DNA of 64,000 nt, taken from contig CAWBOE010000009.1 of assembly GCA_963790295.1 (NCBI GenBank), forward strand, positions 15,810 to 79,809, given 5' to 3'. Positions 31,400 to 41,755 of the stretch are shown here, in pieces. Source of the stretch: an uncultured Actinomycetota bacterium. GTDB taxonomy: Bacteria; Actinomycetota; Actinomycetes; Propionibacteriales; Nocardioidaceae. Positions within the stretch are counted from its first letter, which is position 1. Each line of letters opens with the position of its first letter. The translations under genes were made by a program, and so were the position numbers. The notes under the pieces are model-generated. The model worked only from the letters and a program-made list of their open reading frames with translations. It was not told the origin of the DNA and ran no database searches.

Positions 31400-32582
31400 T
31401 CAGCCCAGGTGCCCCCGCACCGACACGTGGCCGGACAGCAGGTTGCGGGCGATGGTGCGGCGCTGGATCTCGTCGGTGCCCTCGTAGATGCGGAGCACAC
31501 GGAGCTCGCGGTACCACCGCTCGATCGGGAGCTCTCGGGTGTAGCCCATGCCGCCGTGCACCTGGAGGACGCGGTCGACGATCTCGTTGGCCTTCACACC
31601 GCCGTACAGCTTCGCCATCGACTGGGCCTGACGGGAGTCGATGCCCTGGTCGACCTGCCAGGCGGCGGTGAGCACCAGCCACCGCAGGGCCTCGATCTCC
31701 ACGGCCGAGTCGGCGAGCATCCACTGGATGGCCTGGCGGTTGGCGATGGGTTCGCCGAAGGTGACCCGCTGGCGGGCGTGCTCCATGCCCATCTCGACCA
31801 GCCGTTCGCAGGCGCCGAGCGCGCGGGCGGGGAGCAGGTAGCGCCCCCGGCCGATCCAGCGCATGGCCAGCTCGAAGCCGCGGCCCTCCTCGCCGAGGAT
31901 CGCCGAGTGCGGCACCCGCACGTCCTGGAAGCTCAGCGACGCGGGACCCCACTGACCCATCGTCGGGATCGGGGACGAGGTCCAGCCGGCCTCGCGGTCG
32001 ACCAGGAAGCACGTCACCGACTCCGCTGAGCGCCCTTCCCGATGGACTTCCGGGTCGGTCACGGCGAACACCATCACGAAGTCGGCCAGGTCGCCGTAGG
32101 TGATGAAGGTCTTCTCCCCGTTGATCACCCACTCGTCGCCGTCACGTACGGCGGTGGTGCGGATGTTGCGCGCGTCGGACCCTGCGCCCGGCTCGGTGAT
32201 CGCGAAGCAGCTGATCCTCTCGCCGTTGATGGTCGGGCAGCAGGTAGCGCTCCTTCTGCTCGTCGTTGGCGGTGTAGAGGATGTTGTCGGCGTCGCCGCC
32301 GAAGCTGAACGGTACGAACGACCGGCCGAGCTCGACCTCCATCAGGGCCGCCATGACCGCGCCGAGGGCCATCCCGCCGTACTCCTCGGGCGTCTGCACC
32401 CCGAAGAACCCCGACTCCTTCGCCTTGTCGCGCAGCCCGCGCAGCTCCTCGCGCGTCAGGCCTCGCTCGCCGCGGCGCTCCCGCTCCAGGACGGTCTGCT
32501 CGAGCGGCATGATCTCCCGGGTGACGAAGGTACGCACCCAGTCGCGGATCTCACGCTCCTCGTCGGTCAGGCTCAGGTCCAT
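31400..32582 (-). CDS. Acyl-CoA dehydrogenase (indel near 32237)
   Basis: MDLSLTDEERE, PEEYGG, INGEKTFIT, QVHGGMGY and RIYEGTDEIQR. Confidence 0.9.
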
Positions 32583-32660
32583 GTCCGCACCTTAGGAGAG
32601 GCGACGCGCCGACCAGGATGCCATTGGTCACGGCACGAGCTCGATCGACACAATGGCGCG

Positions 32661-33770
32661 GTGACCAGCGATCCCCGCGTGCCGCCGCTCCACGTGCGCG
32701 CCATGGGGGTCACCGTCGAGATCGCCGTGCCCGACCAGCCGACGCGGGACCGTCTGGCCCGCCAGTGGTCGCGAGCCGTCGTGCCTGCCCCCGACGAGCC
32801 GGCGGCGGCGCACACGACGGCGCAGCCGGGGCCGAAGGAGACCGAGGCCTCCCGCGACTACGGCCTCACGACCCAGGTCACCATGGCCGCGCTCCGAGCA
32901 ACCGCCGGCCGGCGGATCAACCTGCACGCAGGGGGCGTCGCCGACGAACGCCGGCGCGTGCTGGCGGTCGTGGGCCCGTCGGGCACCGGGAAGACGACGG
33001 CGACGGTGGCGCTCGCACGACGGCTGGGGTACGTCTCGGACGAGACGGTGTCGATCGACGCCGCCGGCACGGTCGCGCCGCACCCGAAGCCGCTCTCGGT
33101 GGTCGTCGACCCGCAACGACTGCGCAACAAGGAGCAGCTCTCGCCCGACGACCTCGGGTTCCTGCCGACCCCCGACGAGGGACGGCTGGCCCGACTGGTC
33201 GTCCTGCACCGGGGCGCCGAGGGCCGCAGAGGCCTGGCCAGGCTCGCCACCGCGGAGGGGATGCTGCAGCTCATCGAGCAGTCGTCGTCGCTCGCGCAGG
33301 TGCCCCGCCCGCTCCAGGTCCTGATGGGCCTGATCGAGGAGTGCGGCGGCCTGTGGACGCTGGCCTACGACGAGATCGAGGATCACGTCGACGAGCTGGT
33401 CGAGCTGCTCGACGAGCCGCCTCCGCACGCCGAGCCGGCTTTCGGTCCGAGGCTCACCTGGCACCCGGGCGAGAGCGAGCTGCCCGCTGGTGCCCGACGA
33501 GAGCGGTCCGCTCCTCGCCCGCCGTCCGTGGGCCGAGGCGGTGGAGATCGACGACGAGCTCGTCGTGCTCGCCGAGTCGCGCGCCCTGCTGCTGGCCGAC
33601 CTGACCGCCACGGCCTGGCTCCACCTGGCGCGGCCGTGCTCGATGGAGGAGCTGGTCCGCGCGGCCGAGCAGGCGCCACGGCGCGCATCCCGAGGCCGCG
33701 GCGATCGTCGGCGAGGCCGTGGCCAGCGTTGGTGGAAGAGGGCCTGGCTGCGCGCGGGTCGCTGGCATGA
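32661..33770 (+). CDS. HPr-kinase-like P-loop kinase fused to a C-terminal PqqD/RRE-like domain (indels near 33486 and 33675-33730)
   Basis: LHAGGV, GPSGTGKTT, YVSDE and PHPKPL; C-terminal IDDELVVLAESRALLLADLTATAWLHL..SMEEL..LVEEGL. Confidence 0.75.
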   Translation: MTSDPRVPPLHVRAMGVTVEIAVPDQPTRDRLARQWSRAVVPAPDEPAAAHTTAQPGPKETEASRDYGLTTQVTMAALRATAGRRINLHAGGVADERRRVLAVVGPSGTGKTTATVALARRLGYVSDETVSIDAAGTVAPHPKPLSVVVDPQRLRNKEQLSPDDLGFLPTPDEGRLARLVVLHRGAEGRRGLARLATAEGMLQLIEQSSSLAQVPRPLQVLMGLIEECGGLWTLAYDEIEDHVDELVELLDEPPPHAEPAFGPRLTWHPGESELPAGARRERSAPRPPSVGRGGGDRRRARRARRVARPAAGRPDRHGLAPPGAAVLDGGAGPRGRAGATARIPRPRRSSARPWPALVEEGLAARGSLA

Positions 33771-33777
33771 TCGAGCC

Positions 33778-34873
33778 GTGACCGCCCTCGCTCTCGTCCT
33801 CGCGCCCGTGGCCGCGGCCGTCGTGCTGCTGGTGAGCGGCTGGGCCAAGGTCGGTGACGTCACCGGCATGCGCCTGGCGTTCGTCGCGATGCGGGTGCCG
33901 GCCGCGCTCTCGCGACCCGCCGTCGTACGCGCTCTGCCCTACGCCGAGATCGCGCTCGGACTGGCTCTCCTGCTGACCTGGGGCTGGCTGCTGGCCGTCG
34001 TCGGCGCGGTCGCGACCGCGCTCTTCGTCGCGTACGCCGTCCTGGTCGCGCGGGTGCTGCGGACGGGCGAGAGCGTCGAGTGCAACTGCTTCGGCAGCCT
34101 CGGCGGCGACCAGGTCACCTCGGCCACCCTCGCCCGCAACATCGTGCTCGTGGCGCTGGCCGCGATCGCGACGGCGTTCGGCGTCGGGGGCTCGGGGGTG
34201 ATCCCCGCGCTGGGCGACCTCGAGGGCGCCGCGTGGTGGTGGCCGGTGATGACGGCGCTCCTGGTCCTGCCGCGGTGCTCGTCGTCCGCCCCGGCCCGGC
34301 GACGGACGCGCGCCGTCGTCGAGGCCGTCGACTACCTGCGCCAGCCGATCCCCATCGGCGTCCTCGTCGCCAGAGGACGGCCGACGCGTCCAGCTGCGCG
34401 ACCTGGCCGCCCAGCGCCCCCAGCTGCTCGTCGTTCATGTCCGTGGGCTGCGGCTCGTGCCACGTGCTCGCCGACCTGCTGCCCGGGCATCGCCGAGCGG
34501 CTGGGCGTCGTGGAAGTGGCGACCGTCTTCTCCGAGCCGCTCGACACCTTCCCGGACGACCTGGAAGGGGCCGGGCATCACGCCGTACCACGACCCCGAC
34601 AAGGTCGGTCACCGACCTGTTCACCAGCGTCCGGCCGGCGGCCGTGCTGCTCGGTGCCGACGGGCTGCTCGCCGGCGGGCCCGTCACCGGGGTCCGCGAG
34701 ATCGAGGCGTTCGTCGACGACATCGTGGGCGAGCTCGAGGCGGCACCCGAGCTGCCGGCCCCGGTCGAGCCACACCACGACCACGGCCACGACCACGACC
34801 ATGGGCACGACTCACGACCACGAGCTGGTGGTGAAGCTCGAGGAGGACCACGCCGACGCGGAGCGCGGGGTAG
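33778..34873 (+). CDS. MauE/DoxX membrane domain fused to a thioredoxin-like domain with His-rich tail (several indels)
   Basis: LLVSGWAK, ECNCFG and TLARN (MauE); FMSVGCGSC CxxC; HHDHGHDHDHGHD tail; stop inferred at TAG 34871-34873. Confidence 0.72.
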
Positions 34874-34877
34874 CGAG

Positions 34878-36760
34878 TCAGTTGCGCCGCGAGCCGGCGG
34901 GCGGCTCGTCGAGGCTGTCAGCCTCCATGCCGGCGGCGACGTCGAGCCGGCCGAGCTCGACCAGCCGCGCGAAGTCGGCGTTGGTCGCGCGCACCTCGTC
35001 GAAGGTGCCGCGGCCCTCGATCCGGCCGTCCTGCATGAAGATCAGCTGGTCGCAGTGGCGCACGGTCGAGAGCCGGTGCGCGACGACGATCAGCGTGGTG
35101 TCGCCGTGCAGGGCGGCGATGGTGGTGGCGACCTTGTGCTCGGTCTCGTTGTCGAGGGCGCTGGTGGCCTCGTCGAGCATGATCAGCTGCGGGTCGCCGT
35201 AGAGCGCCCGGGCGATGCCGACGCGCTGACGCTGGCCACCGGAGATGCGCAGGCCGCGCTCGCCCACGGGAGTCTCGAGCCCGTTCGGCAGGGAGGCCAC
35301 GAGGTCCGCGAGCTGGGCGCGCTGGACGGCGTTCGCGAGGCGCTCGTGGTCACGCTCCTCGACGGGTACGCCGAACGCGATGTTGGCGGCCAGCGTGTCG
35401 TCGATCCAGAACACGTCCTGGGGCACCATCGCCACGCCGGTCTGCCACTCGGGCAGCAGCTCCTGGATCGGCCGCCCGGCCACCGTCACCTCCCCCGACG
35501 TCGGGCGTGTGGACGCCGAGCAGCAGGTCGACCAACGTCGTCTTGCCCGACCCGCTCGGCCCGACGATCGCCAGCGACGTGCCGTGCGGCACCGTGAAGC
35601 TGACGTCGCGCACGACCGGCTCGGTCGTGTCGGGATAGCGGAACGTCAGGTTCTCCACGACGAGGTCGCCCACCGGTGCCCGCTCAGCGGGCGGGCCGGG
35701 CAGCACGGCCGGCGCGGGGAACTCGTGCAGGTCGGCGACGATCATCCGCATGGCCGGCAGGCCGACGCTGATGGCGCTCAGGGCCGCGATCAGCCGGACC
35801 AGGCACGGCAGCATCCGCGTGCCGGCCGCGAGGAAGAGCGCGAGCGTCGGGACGGCCGACCGGCCGCTCTCGGTGGCGAACACCACGACCGCCATCAGCG
35901 CCATGCCGACGACGAAGAGGATCTCCAGCGCGTACTTCGGGCAGCTCACCGAGCGCGGTCGCCAGCCGCTGCGCCTCGGCGGTCTGCTTCTTGTTCCGCG
36001 CGAAGTCGCTCACGAAGTACTCGCCGTTGCGGCGCAGCTGGATCTCCTTGACGCCGCCGATGGCGTGGATCGCCGCCTTGAACTGGAGCAGCGCGTGCTC
36101 CACCAGGCGCGTCCCGACCTCGACGCTGCGGTGCTTGAGCTGGCGGTTGAGGAAGAACGAGGTGATCCCGAAGAACACGATCGCACCGGCCGCCGCCACC
36201 GGGCTGGCGACCAGCAACAGCAACGCCAGGCCGAGCAGGGTCAGCGACTCGGTGCCGAGGGACAGCATCCCGACCACGACCTTGCCGTAGGTCATGCTCA
36301 CGCCCTCGCCGACCCGGTAGACCTGCATCGAGAGCCCGCGCGAGGTGAACACGACGTACGGCGCCACGAGGTAGCCCCGCAGCAACCGGGCGGCGGTCCG
36401 GCGTTCCTGCCGGGCCACGAAGCCCAGCTGCCACCACCGCAGCGAGATGCCGAGCACGCCCTTGAGCACGAACGCCGTCACCATGAAGACCGCGATGACG
36501 ACCGCCAGCTTCGCGTCGCTCGGCTGGTCGCTCGGCGGGTCGCCGACCAGGCGCGCGATCACGCCGATGACGCCGGTGTCGCGGTCGGTCGAGGTGGCCA
36601 GCTGCACCAGCGGGACCAGCGCGGCCACGCCCACGATGTCGAGGACCGACATGGTGACCGACCCGACCATGGCCACCACGAGCCGCCAGCGGGTCCCCGG
36701 CCCGAAGAGGATGCCCGCCCCGGCGGGAAAGCCCAGGAGGCGCAATGCTCGCCTGACCAC
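34878..36760 (-). CDS. ABC transporter permease/ATPase (PglK/MsbA-like glycan flippase; indels near 35942 and 35500)
   Basis: 6-TM domain; GPSGSGKTT, ISGGQRQR, LDEATSALD and VAHRLST. Confidence 0.88.
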
Positions 36761-36914
36761 GCGCTCCTCCGACCCGTCCGATCCCGACCGGCCCAGGCTA
36801 CCGGCCCGAGCGCGGGTCGCGGGCCAGCACGACAGCGCGGCCTATCATGTGCCGTTCGACGACCGGGCCGTCAGGTCCGGCGGCCCGCTCGACGGGCACA
36901 GTGGGAGGTGGCAG

Positions 36915-37748
36915 GTGCCGGGGATCGGGTCCGCGCTCAGGTCGGCGCTGCTGACACCGATCCGCCAGGGCGACCGCACCGTGCTCTGGGCCGGGCCGGA
37001 CCGGGGCTTCGCCAACCTGCTGTATCTCTGGCTGGTCGCGGCGGCCCGGCAGGCGCGCGGCGAGGACGTCGTCGTACGTCATCAGCCGGCGATGGACGCC
37101 TGGCTCCCCGTGCTGCCGCGGCTGCGCGAGCTGACCGTCGACGCGTCGGCGGTGCGGTTCCGCGACCGCCGCGACCTCGGCTGGCACCAGGCGTTCGGCA
37201 CCGACTACACCCCCGAGGAGCTCGACGCCTTCGTCCGCGGCTACCTGCTCGACACCCCGTTGCTGGAAGACCTGCTGCCGGACGACGCGCAGGCGCTGAC
37301 CGTCAACGTCCGGCGGGGCGACTACTACTCGGTCACCCGGTTCCGCGGCATGTACTCCTTCGACGTCGCCGAGTACGTGCGGGTCGCGGTGGCCGACAGC
37401 GTGGCGGCGGACGGTGCCGTGCACGCCGTGCGCGTGGTCAGCGACGACCCCGACTGGTGCCGGCTCAAGCTGGGCTTCCTCGCCGACGTCGCCGACCGGG
37501 TCGAGCACATCGAGGCCGGCCAGCCCAGGGAGCACTTCCGCACGCTGGCGTCGTCCCGGCGGCTGGTGCTGGCGAACTCGACGTTCTCCTACTGGGGCGC
37601 CTACGTGAGCAACACCGCCCACCAGGACAACCACGCGCAGGTGTGGGCGCCGTGGTTCCACCGCCGCGACATCGACGGCGGCCGTGCCTGGCACCTCGAC
37701 CCACGCTGGTCGGTCGTGCGCGACATCCCCGGCGGGTGGGACGGATGA
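36915..37748 (+). CDS. GT11 alpha-1,2-fucosyltransferase-like
   Basis: GFANLL, VNVRRGDY, VVSDDPDWC and ANSTFSYWGAY; RBS GGGAGG before GTG 36915. Confidence 0.85.
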   Translation: MPGIGSALRSALLTPIRQGDRTVLWAGPDRGFANLLYLWLVAAARQARGEDVVVRHQPAMDAWLPVLPRLRELTVDASAVRFRDRRDLGWHQAFGTDYTPEELDAFVRGYLLDTPLLEDLLPDDAQALTVNVRRGDYYSVTRFRGMYSFDVAEYVRVAVADSVAADGAVHAVRVVSDDPDWCRLKLGFLADVADRVEHIEAGQPREHFRTLASSRRLVLANSTFSYWGAYVSNTAHQDNHAQVWAPWFHRRDIDGGRAWHLDPRWSVVRDIPGGWDG

Positions 37749-38680
37749 GCGCGTACGTCGCGTCTCGCCGCTGGGCGGCCGCGGCGGTGCGTGCCGGCCG
37801 GCGGTACGTCGTGCCGCGCGAGGCCGCCGAGCACCGCGCCGCCGTCCGTGGGACCCGGCTCCCTCAGCTGCCCCGCTCGCACCGCAGGCCCGGCTCGGTG
37901 TGGGCGGTGAGCATGGTCAAGGACGAGGCCGACATCGTGGTCGGCACCGTCGAGCACCTGCTGGGCCAGGGCGTCGACCATGTGCTCGTCGCCGACAACG
38001 GCTCGACCGACGGCACCCTCGACCTGCTGCACGACCTGGCCCGGCGGGCACCGGTTCACGTCGCCGTCGACGCCGAGCCGCGCTACTTCCAGGCAGCCAA
38101 GATGACGCGCCTGGCCGACGCTGCGCGGCGGGCCGGCGCCGACTGGGTGGTGCCCTTCGACGCCGACGAGTACTGGTTCGCCGCCGGCATCTCCCTGGCC
38201 GACCACCTGCGGGCCACCCGAGAGGGGTTGGTGCGCGCCCGGATGTTCAACGTCTTCCCGACGGCGGCCGGCGGCTGGCGCCTCGACCTGACCTCGCACT
38301 CGTTCGGCAAGGTGGCGGTCCGCGCGCACTGGGCGGCCCGCCTCGGCATCGGCAACCACACGGCCTCCCATCCGGGCGAGCACGTGGAAGGGCTCTACAT
38401 CGCCCACTACCCGTGGCGGTCGGCCGCCCAGCTGCGCCGCAAGGGCGTGCAGGGCGGCGCCGCGCTCACCGACGACCAGGTCGCCCGGGGGCAGGGCAAG
38501 CACTGGGCGAGGTTCCGCGACGCCGGCGTGGCCTGGACCGACCAGGCGTGGGCCGACGTCCTGGCGGGCCGGCCCCGTCCGGACCTGTGGTGGTCGCCGG
38601 TCGGCCCGTTCCGCGAGGAGGACCCACGGACGTGGGACAGCTGGCCCGTCGACCTGACGATTCCAGCCCCGCGCCCCTGA
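37745..38680 (+). CDS. GT2-like (Glyco_tranf_2_4) glycosyltransferase
   Basis: MVKDEAD, VADNGSTDGT, WVVPFDADE and AHYPWRS. Confidence 0.85.
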   Translation: MSAYVASRRWAAAAVRAGRRYVVPREAAEHRAAVRGTRLPQLPRSHRRPGSVWAVSMVKDEADIVVGTVEHLLGQGVDHVLVADNGSTDGTLDLLHDLARRAPVHVAVDAEPRYFQAAKMTRLADAARRAGADWVVPFDADEYWFAAGISLADHLRATREGLVRARMFNVFPTAAGGWRLDLTSHSFGKVAVRAHWAARLGIGNHTASHPGEHVEGLYIAHYPWRSAAQLRRKGVQGGAALTDDQVARGQGKHWARFRDAGVAWTDQAWADVLAGRPRPDLWWSPVGPFREEDPRTWDSWPVDLTIPAPRP

Positions 38681-38703
38681 GCGCGCCTTAGGCTCGTTGT
38701 CCG

Positions 38704-39675
38704 ATGCACGACTCACTGCGCGCCCAGCTCGGCCAGCTCAGCTGGTCGGCGCGTGAGTTCCGCGACCCCCGGCGCTGGGGCCGCCTGGCGCGCGCGGTGC
38801 GCCGCAGCGACCTCCCCGACCTGCCCCGGCGCCGTCGCCGGCCGGGCGAGGTGTGGGCGGTGTCCACCGTCCGCGACGAGCGCGACGTCGTCGGCGCCGT
38901 CGTCGAGCACCTGCTCGACCAGGGCGTCGACCACGTGCTGGTGGCCGACAACCGGTCGACGGACGGCACCTACGAGCTGCTGGCCGGGCTGGCGCGGTCA
39001 GACCCGCGGGTGCACGTCGCCCGCGACAGCGAGCCGGTGCACATCCAGTCGGAGAAGAACACCCACCTGGCCCACCGGGCCTGGCGGGCCGGCGCCGACT
39101 GGGTGGTCCCGTTCGACGGCGACGAGTTCTGGTTCGCCCGCGGGCAGCGGCTCTCCGACTTCCTGCGCGAGCAGACCGGCGACGTGGTGTTCGGCGACTT
39201 CCTCCACATGGTGACGGTGACGCCGGCCGCCGACGCCCGGGACGCGACGTACCTCCTCGACGCGACCCCGTCGTTCCCCAGCAAGGCGGCGTTCCGCTCG
39301 CACCCCCTGGCGGTGGTCGGCCACGGCAACCACGACGTGGCGCGGGTCGGGCCGCGCTCCCGCGGGCTGTACGTCGCGCACGCCATCTACCGCAGCGAGG
39401 AGCAGGTGGCTCGCAAGCTACGCCAGGGACTGGCTGCCGCCCGCCGGGCGCCGGCCCCGGTGCTGGGCGAGCACTGGCGGGCCGGCGGCACCCTCACCGA
39501 CGACGCCATCGACGACGTGTGGCGCACCATCACCTCCGGAGCGCCGGACGTCCGCATCCGCTGGGATGCCGCAGGCCCGATGACCAGGGTGCGACCGGGC
39601 CGGTGGCCGACGTGGGACCCGGACGGCGAGGTGCCCGTCGTGGACCGTGCCGGCCGGAGGAGCAGCACGCCATGA
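38704..39675 (+). CDS. GT2-like (Glyco_tranf_2_4) glycosyltransferase, tandem paralog
   Basis: TVRDERD, VADNRSTDGT and WVVPFDGDE. Confidence 0.85.
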   Translation: MHDSLRAQLGQLSWSAREFRDPRRWGRLARAVRRSDLPDLPRRRRRPGEVWAVSTVRDERDVVGAVVEHLLDQGVDHVLVADNRSTDGTYELLAGLARSDPRVHVARDSEPVHIQSEKNTHLAHRAWRAGADWVVPFDGDEFWFARGQRLSDFLREQTGDVVFGDFLHMVTVTPAADARDATYLLDATPSFPSKAAFRSHPLAVVGHGNHDVARVGPRSRGLYVAHAIYRSEEQVARKLRQGLAAARRAPAPVLGEHWRAGGTLTDDAIDDVWRTITSGAPDVRIRWDAAGPMTRVRPGRWPTWDPDGEVPVVDRAGRRSSTP

Positions 39676-40784
39676 GCAGTGGCCTGACCGAACCGATCGC
39701 CGGCGAGGAGCCCGCACCCCGCCGCGACCTGCCGCGGCTCACCAGCCTGCGGGCCTTCGCGGCCTTGGCGGTCCTCGGCTACCACCTGATGCGGCACACC
39801 GAGCTGCTGCCCAACGACGAGTGGTTCCGCTACGGGTTCGCCGGGGTCGGGTTCTTCTTCATCCTGTCCGGGTTCGTGCTGACCTGGTCGATCCGGCCCC
39901 ACGACGTGGCGGCGGACTTCTGGGTCAGACGATTCGCGCGGGTCTACCCGAGCCACTTCGTGATGCTGGTCGTCGCGGTGGTGCTCCCGGTCGTGCCCGG
40001 CGCCATCACCTGGCTCGGCGCCGTCGCGGGCCTCCTGCTCGTCCAGTCGTGGTTCTCCGACTGGGACGTGGTGTTCGGCATGAACGCCGTGAGCTGGTCC
40101 CTGGCGTGCGAGGCGTTCTTCTACCTCTGCGCGCCGTTGGTGATCCGGAGGCTGGCAGCGTCCTCCCGGTCGGGTGCGGTCGTCGCAGCGGGCACGTGGG
40201 TCGCCGTGACGACGGCGGCGGCGGTGGCGTTCGGGCTCCACAGCAGCGCCGCTGACGTCTACGCCTACACCAACCCGCTGATCCGCTCGGGCGAGTTCGT
40301 GCTCGGCGTCCTGCTGGCGGTGCTGGTCGAGAAGGGCTGGCGACCGCGGCTGCCGTTCGTCCCGTGCGTGCTGCTGCTCCTGGTCGTCGCCGGCGCCCTG
40401 TCCGTCAGCCCCGGCAACCTCCGCCAGTCGATCGCCGACATCGTCCTCGACCCGTTCTTCGCCCTCGTCATCCTCTCCGCCGCACTGGCCGACCTGGGTG
40501 GGCGGAGCGGGGTGCTCCAGCGCCGGCCGCTGACCTACCTGGGCGAGGTCTCGTTCGGCTTCTACCTCGTGCACGAGCTGGTCATCGTGAACCTCGCTCC
40601 GCACCTGCCCACCACGAGCCAGGTCGACCACGTGGTGTCGCTGACCGCGATCGGCGCGGCAGCGCTCGGTTCGGCGATGGCGCTCCACCACCTGGTCGAG
40701 CTGCCCTGCCAGGGCGCCGTACGCCGCTGGTGGGCCCGCCGGCGTACTCGTTCGGGCAAGACACCGACTTCCGCGAAGCGCTGA
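39672..40784 (+). CDS. Acyltransferase family 3 (O-acetyltransferase)
   Basis: LTSLRAFAALAV, FFILSGFVL, RRFARVYP, SWSLACEAFFY and YLGEVSFGFYLVH. Confidence 0.9.
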   Translation: MSSGLTEPIAGEEPAPRRDLPRLTSLRAFAALAVLGYHLMRHTELLPNDEWFRYGFAGVGFFFILSGFVLTWSIRPHDVAADFWVRRFARVYPSHFVMLVVAVVLPVVPGAITWLGAVAGLLLVQSWFSDWDVVFGMNAVSWSLACEAFFYLCAPLVIRRLAASSRSGAVVAAGTWVAVTTAAAVAFGLHSSAADVYAYTNPLIRSGEFVLGVLLAVLVEKGWRPRLPFVPCVLLLLVVAGALSVSPGNLRQSIADIVLDPFFALVILSAALADLGGRSGVLQRRPLTYLGEVSFGFYLVHELVIVNLAPHLPTTSQVDHVVSLTAIGAAALGSAMALHHLVELPCQGAVRRWWARRRTRSGKTPTSAKR

Positions 40785-40843
40785 GGCCGCCCCTCCGACA
40801 CTCCTAGACTGAGCCGCCTGTCCAGACCAGCAAGGAGGCGAGT

Positions 40844-41755
40844 GTGGGAGCGGAGTCGGTCACGGCTGTCGTCCCCCACTTCGGCGCACCCGAGACCCCG
40901 ATCCCGCTGCTCGAGGCGCTGGTGTCGCAGGCGCCCGGCGAGGGCACGTCCGCCCTCCAGGTCGTCGTCGTCGACGACGCCTCACCCGAGCCGTTCCCCG
41001 GCCTCGCCGGGGTCGAGGTCGTCCGGCGGGAGACCAACGGCGGCTTCGGTGCGGCCGTCAACACCGGCGCCTCGGTGGCCGAGGGCGACCTCCTGCTGGT
41101 GCTCAACAGCGACCTCGAGATCGGCCCCACGTTCGTGGCCGACCTCGTCGCCGCGGCACGTCCGTGGCAGCCGGCAGTCGTCAGTCCGCGCGTCGTCGGG
41201 CCGGACGGCGCCGAGCTGCCGACCGGGCGACGCTTCCCGCGGGTGCGGCACCAGGTCACCGAGTGGCTGGTGCCGCTCGCGCGGTGGCGTGACACCGACA
41301 CGCTGCACCGCGCCGTCGGCCACGACGTCGACGCACGCGACACCGAGACCGTCGTCGACTGGGTGGTCGGGCGCCGCAATGCTGGTGCCGGTCGCCGACT
41401 TCCGCGCCGTGGGTGGCTTCGACGAGCGCTTCTTCATGAACTCCGAGGAGGTCGACCTCCAGCGCCGGCTCCGGGAGCGCGGCCTGCCGTCCGTCGTGCT
41501 CTCCGCGCCGACCGCCGTGCACGCAGGCGGCGGCTCGAGCGAGTCCGCCCGCCGCCGCGAGTGGCTGGTGCAGTCGCGGCTCGCGTACGCCGACAAGTGG
41601 GGTGGACGACGACGGCTGCAGGCTCGCCCTGGGTGCGGCCACCGCCACCAACCTGGCCTGGAACACCGGCCGCCGCATCGCCGGTCGCGACGTCGCGCCG
41701 CTGCGCACCGCTCGCCAGGAGGCCGCCCTGCTCCGTCGAGGGGCCCGCGCGATGA
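40844..41755 (+). CDS. GT2 glycosyltransferase (WbbL/rhamnosyltransferase-like; indels)
   Basis: VVVDDAS, NGGFGAAVN, LNSD and GGFDERFFMNSEEVDL. Confidence 0.8.
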   Translation: MGAESVTAVVPHFGAPETPIPLLEALVSQAPGEGTSALQVVVVDDASPEPFPGLAGVEVVRRETNGGFGAAVNTGASVAEGDLLLVLNSDLEIGPTFVADLVAAARPWQPAVVSPRVVGPDGAELPTGRRFPRVRHQVTEWLVPLARWRDTDTLHRAVGHDVDARDTETVVDWVVGRRNAGAGRRLPRRGWLRRALLHELRGGRPPAPAPGARPAVRRALRADRRARRRRLERVRPPPRVAGAVAARVRRQVGWTTTAAGSPWVRPPPPTWPGTPAAASPVATSRRCAPLARRPPCSVEGPAR

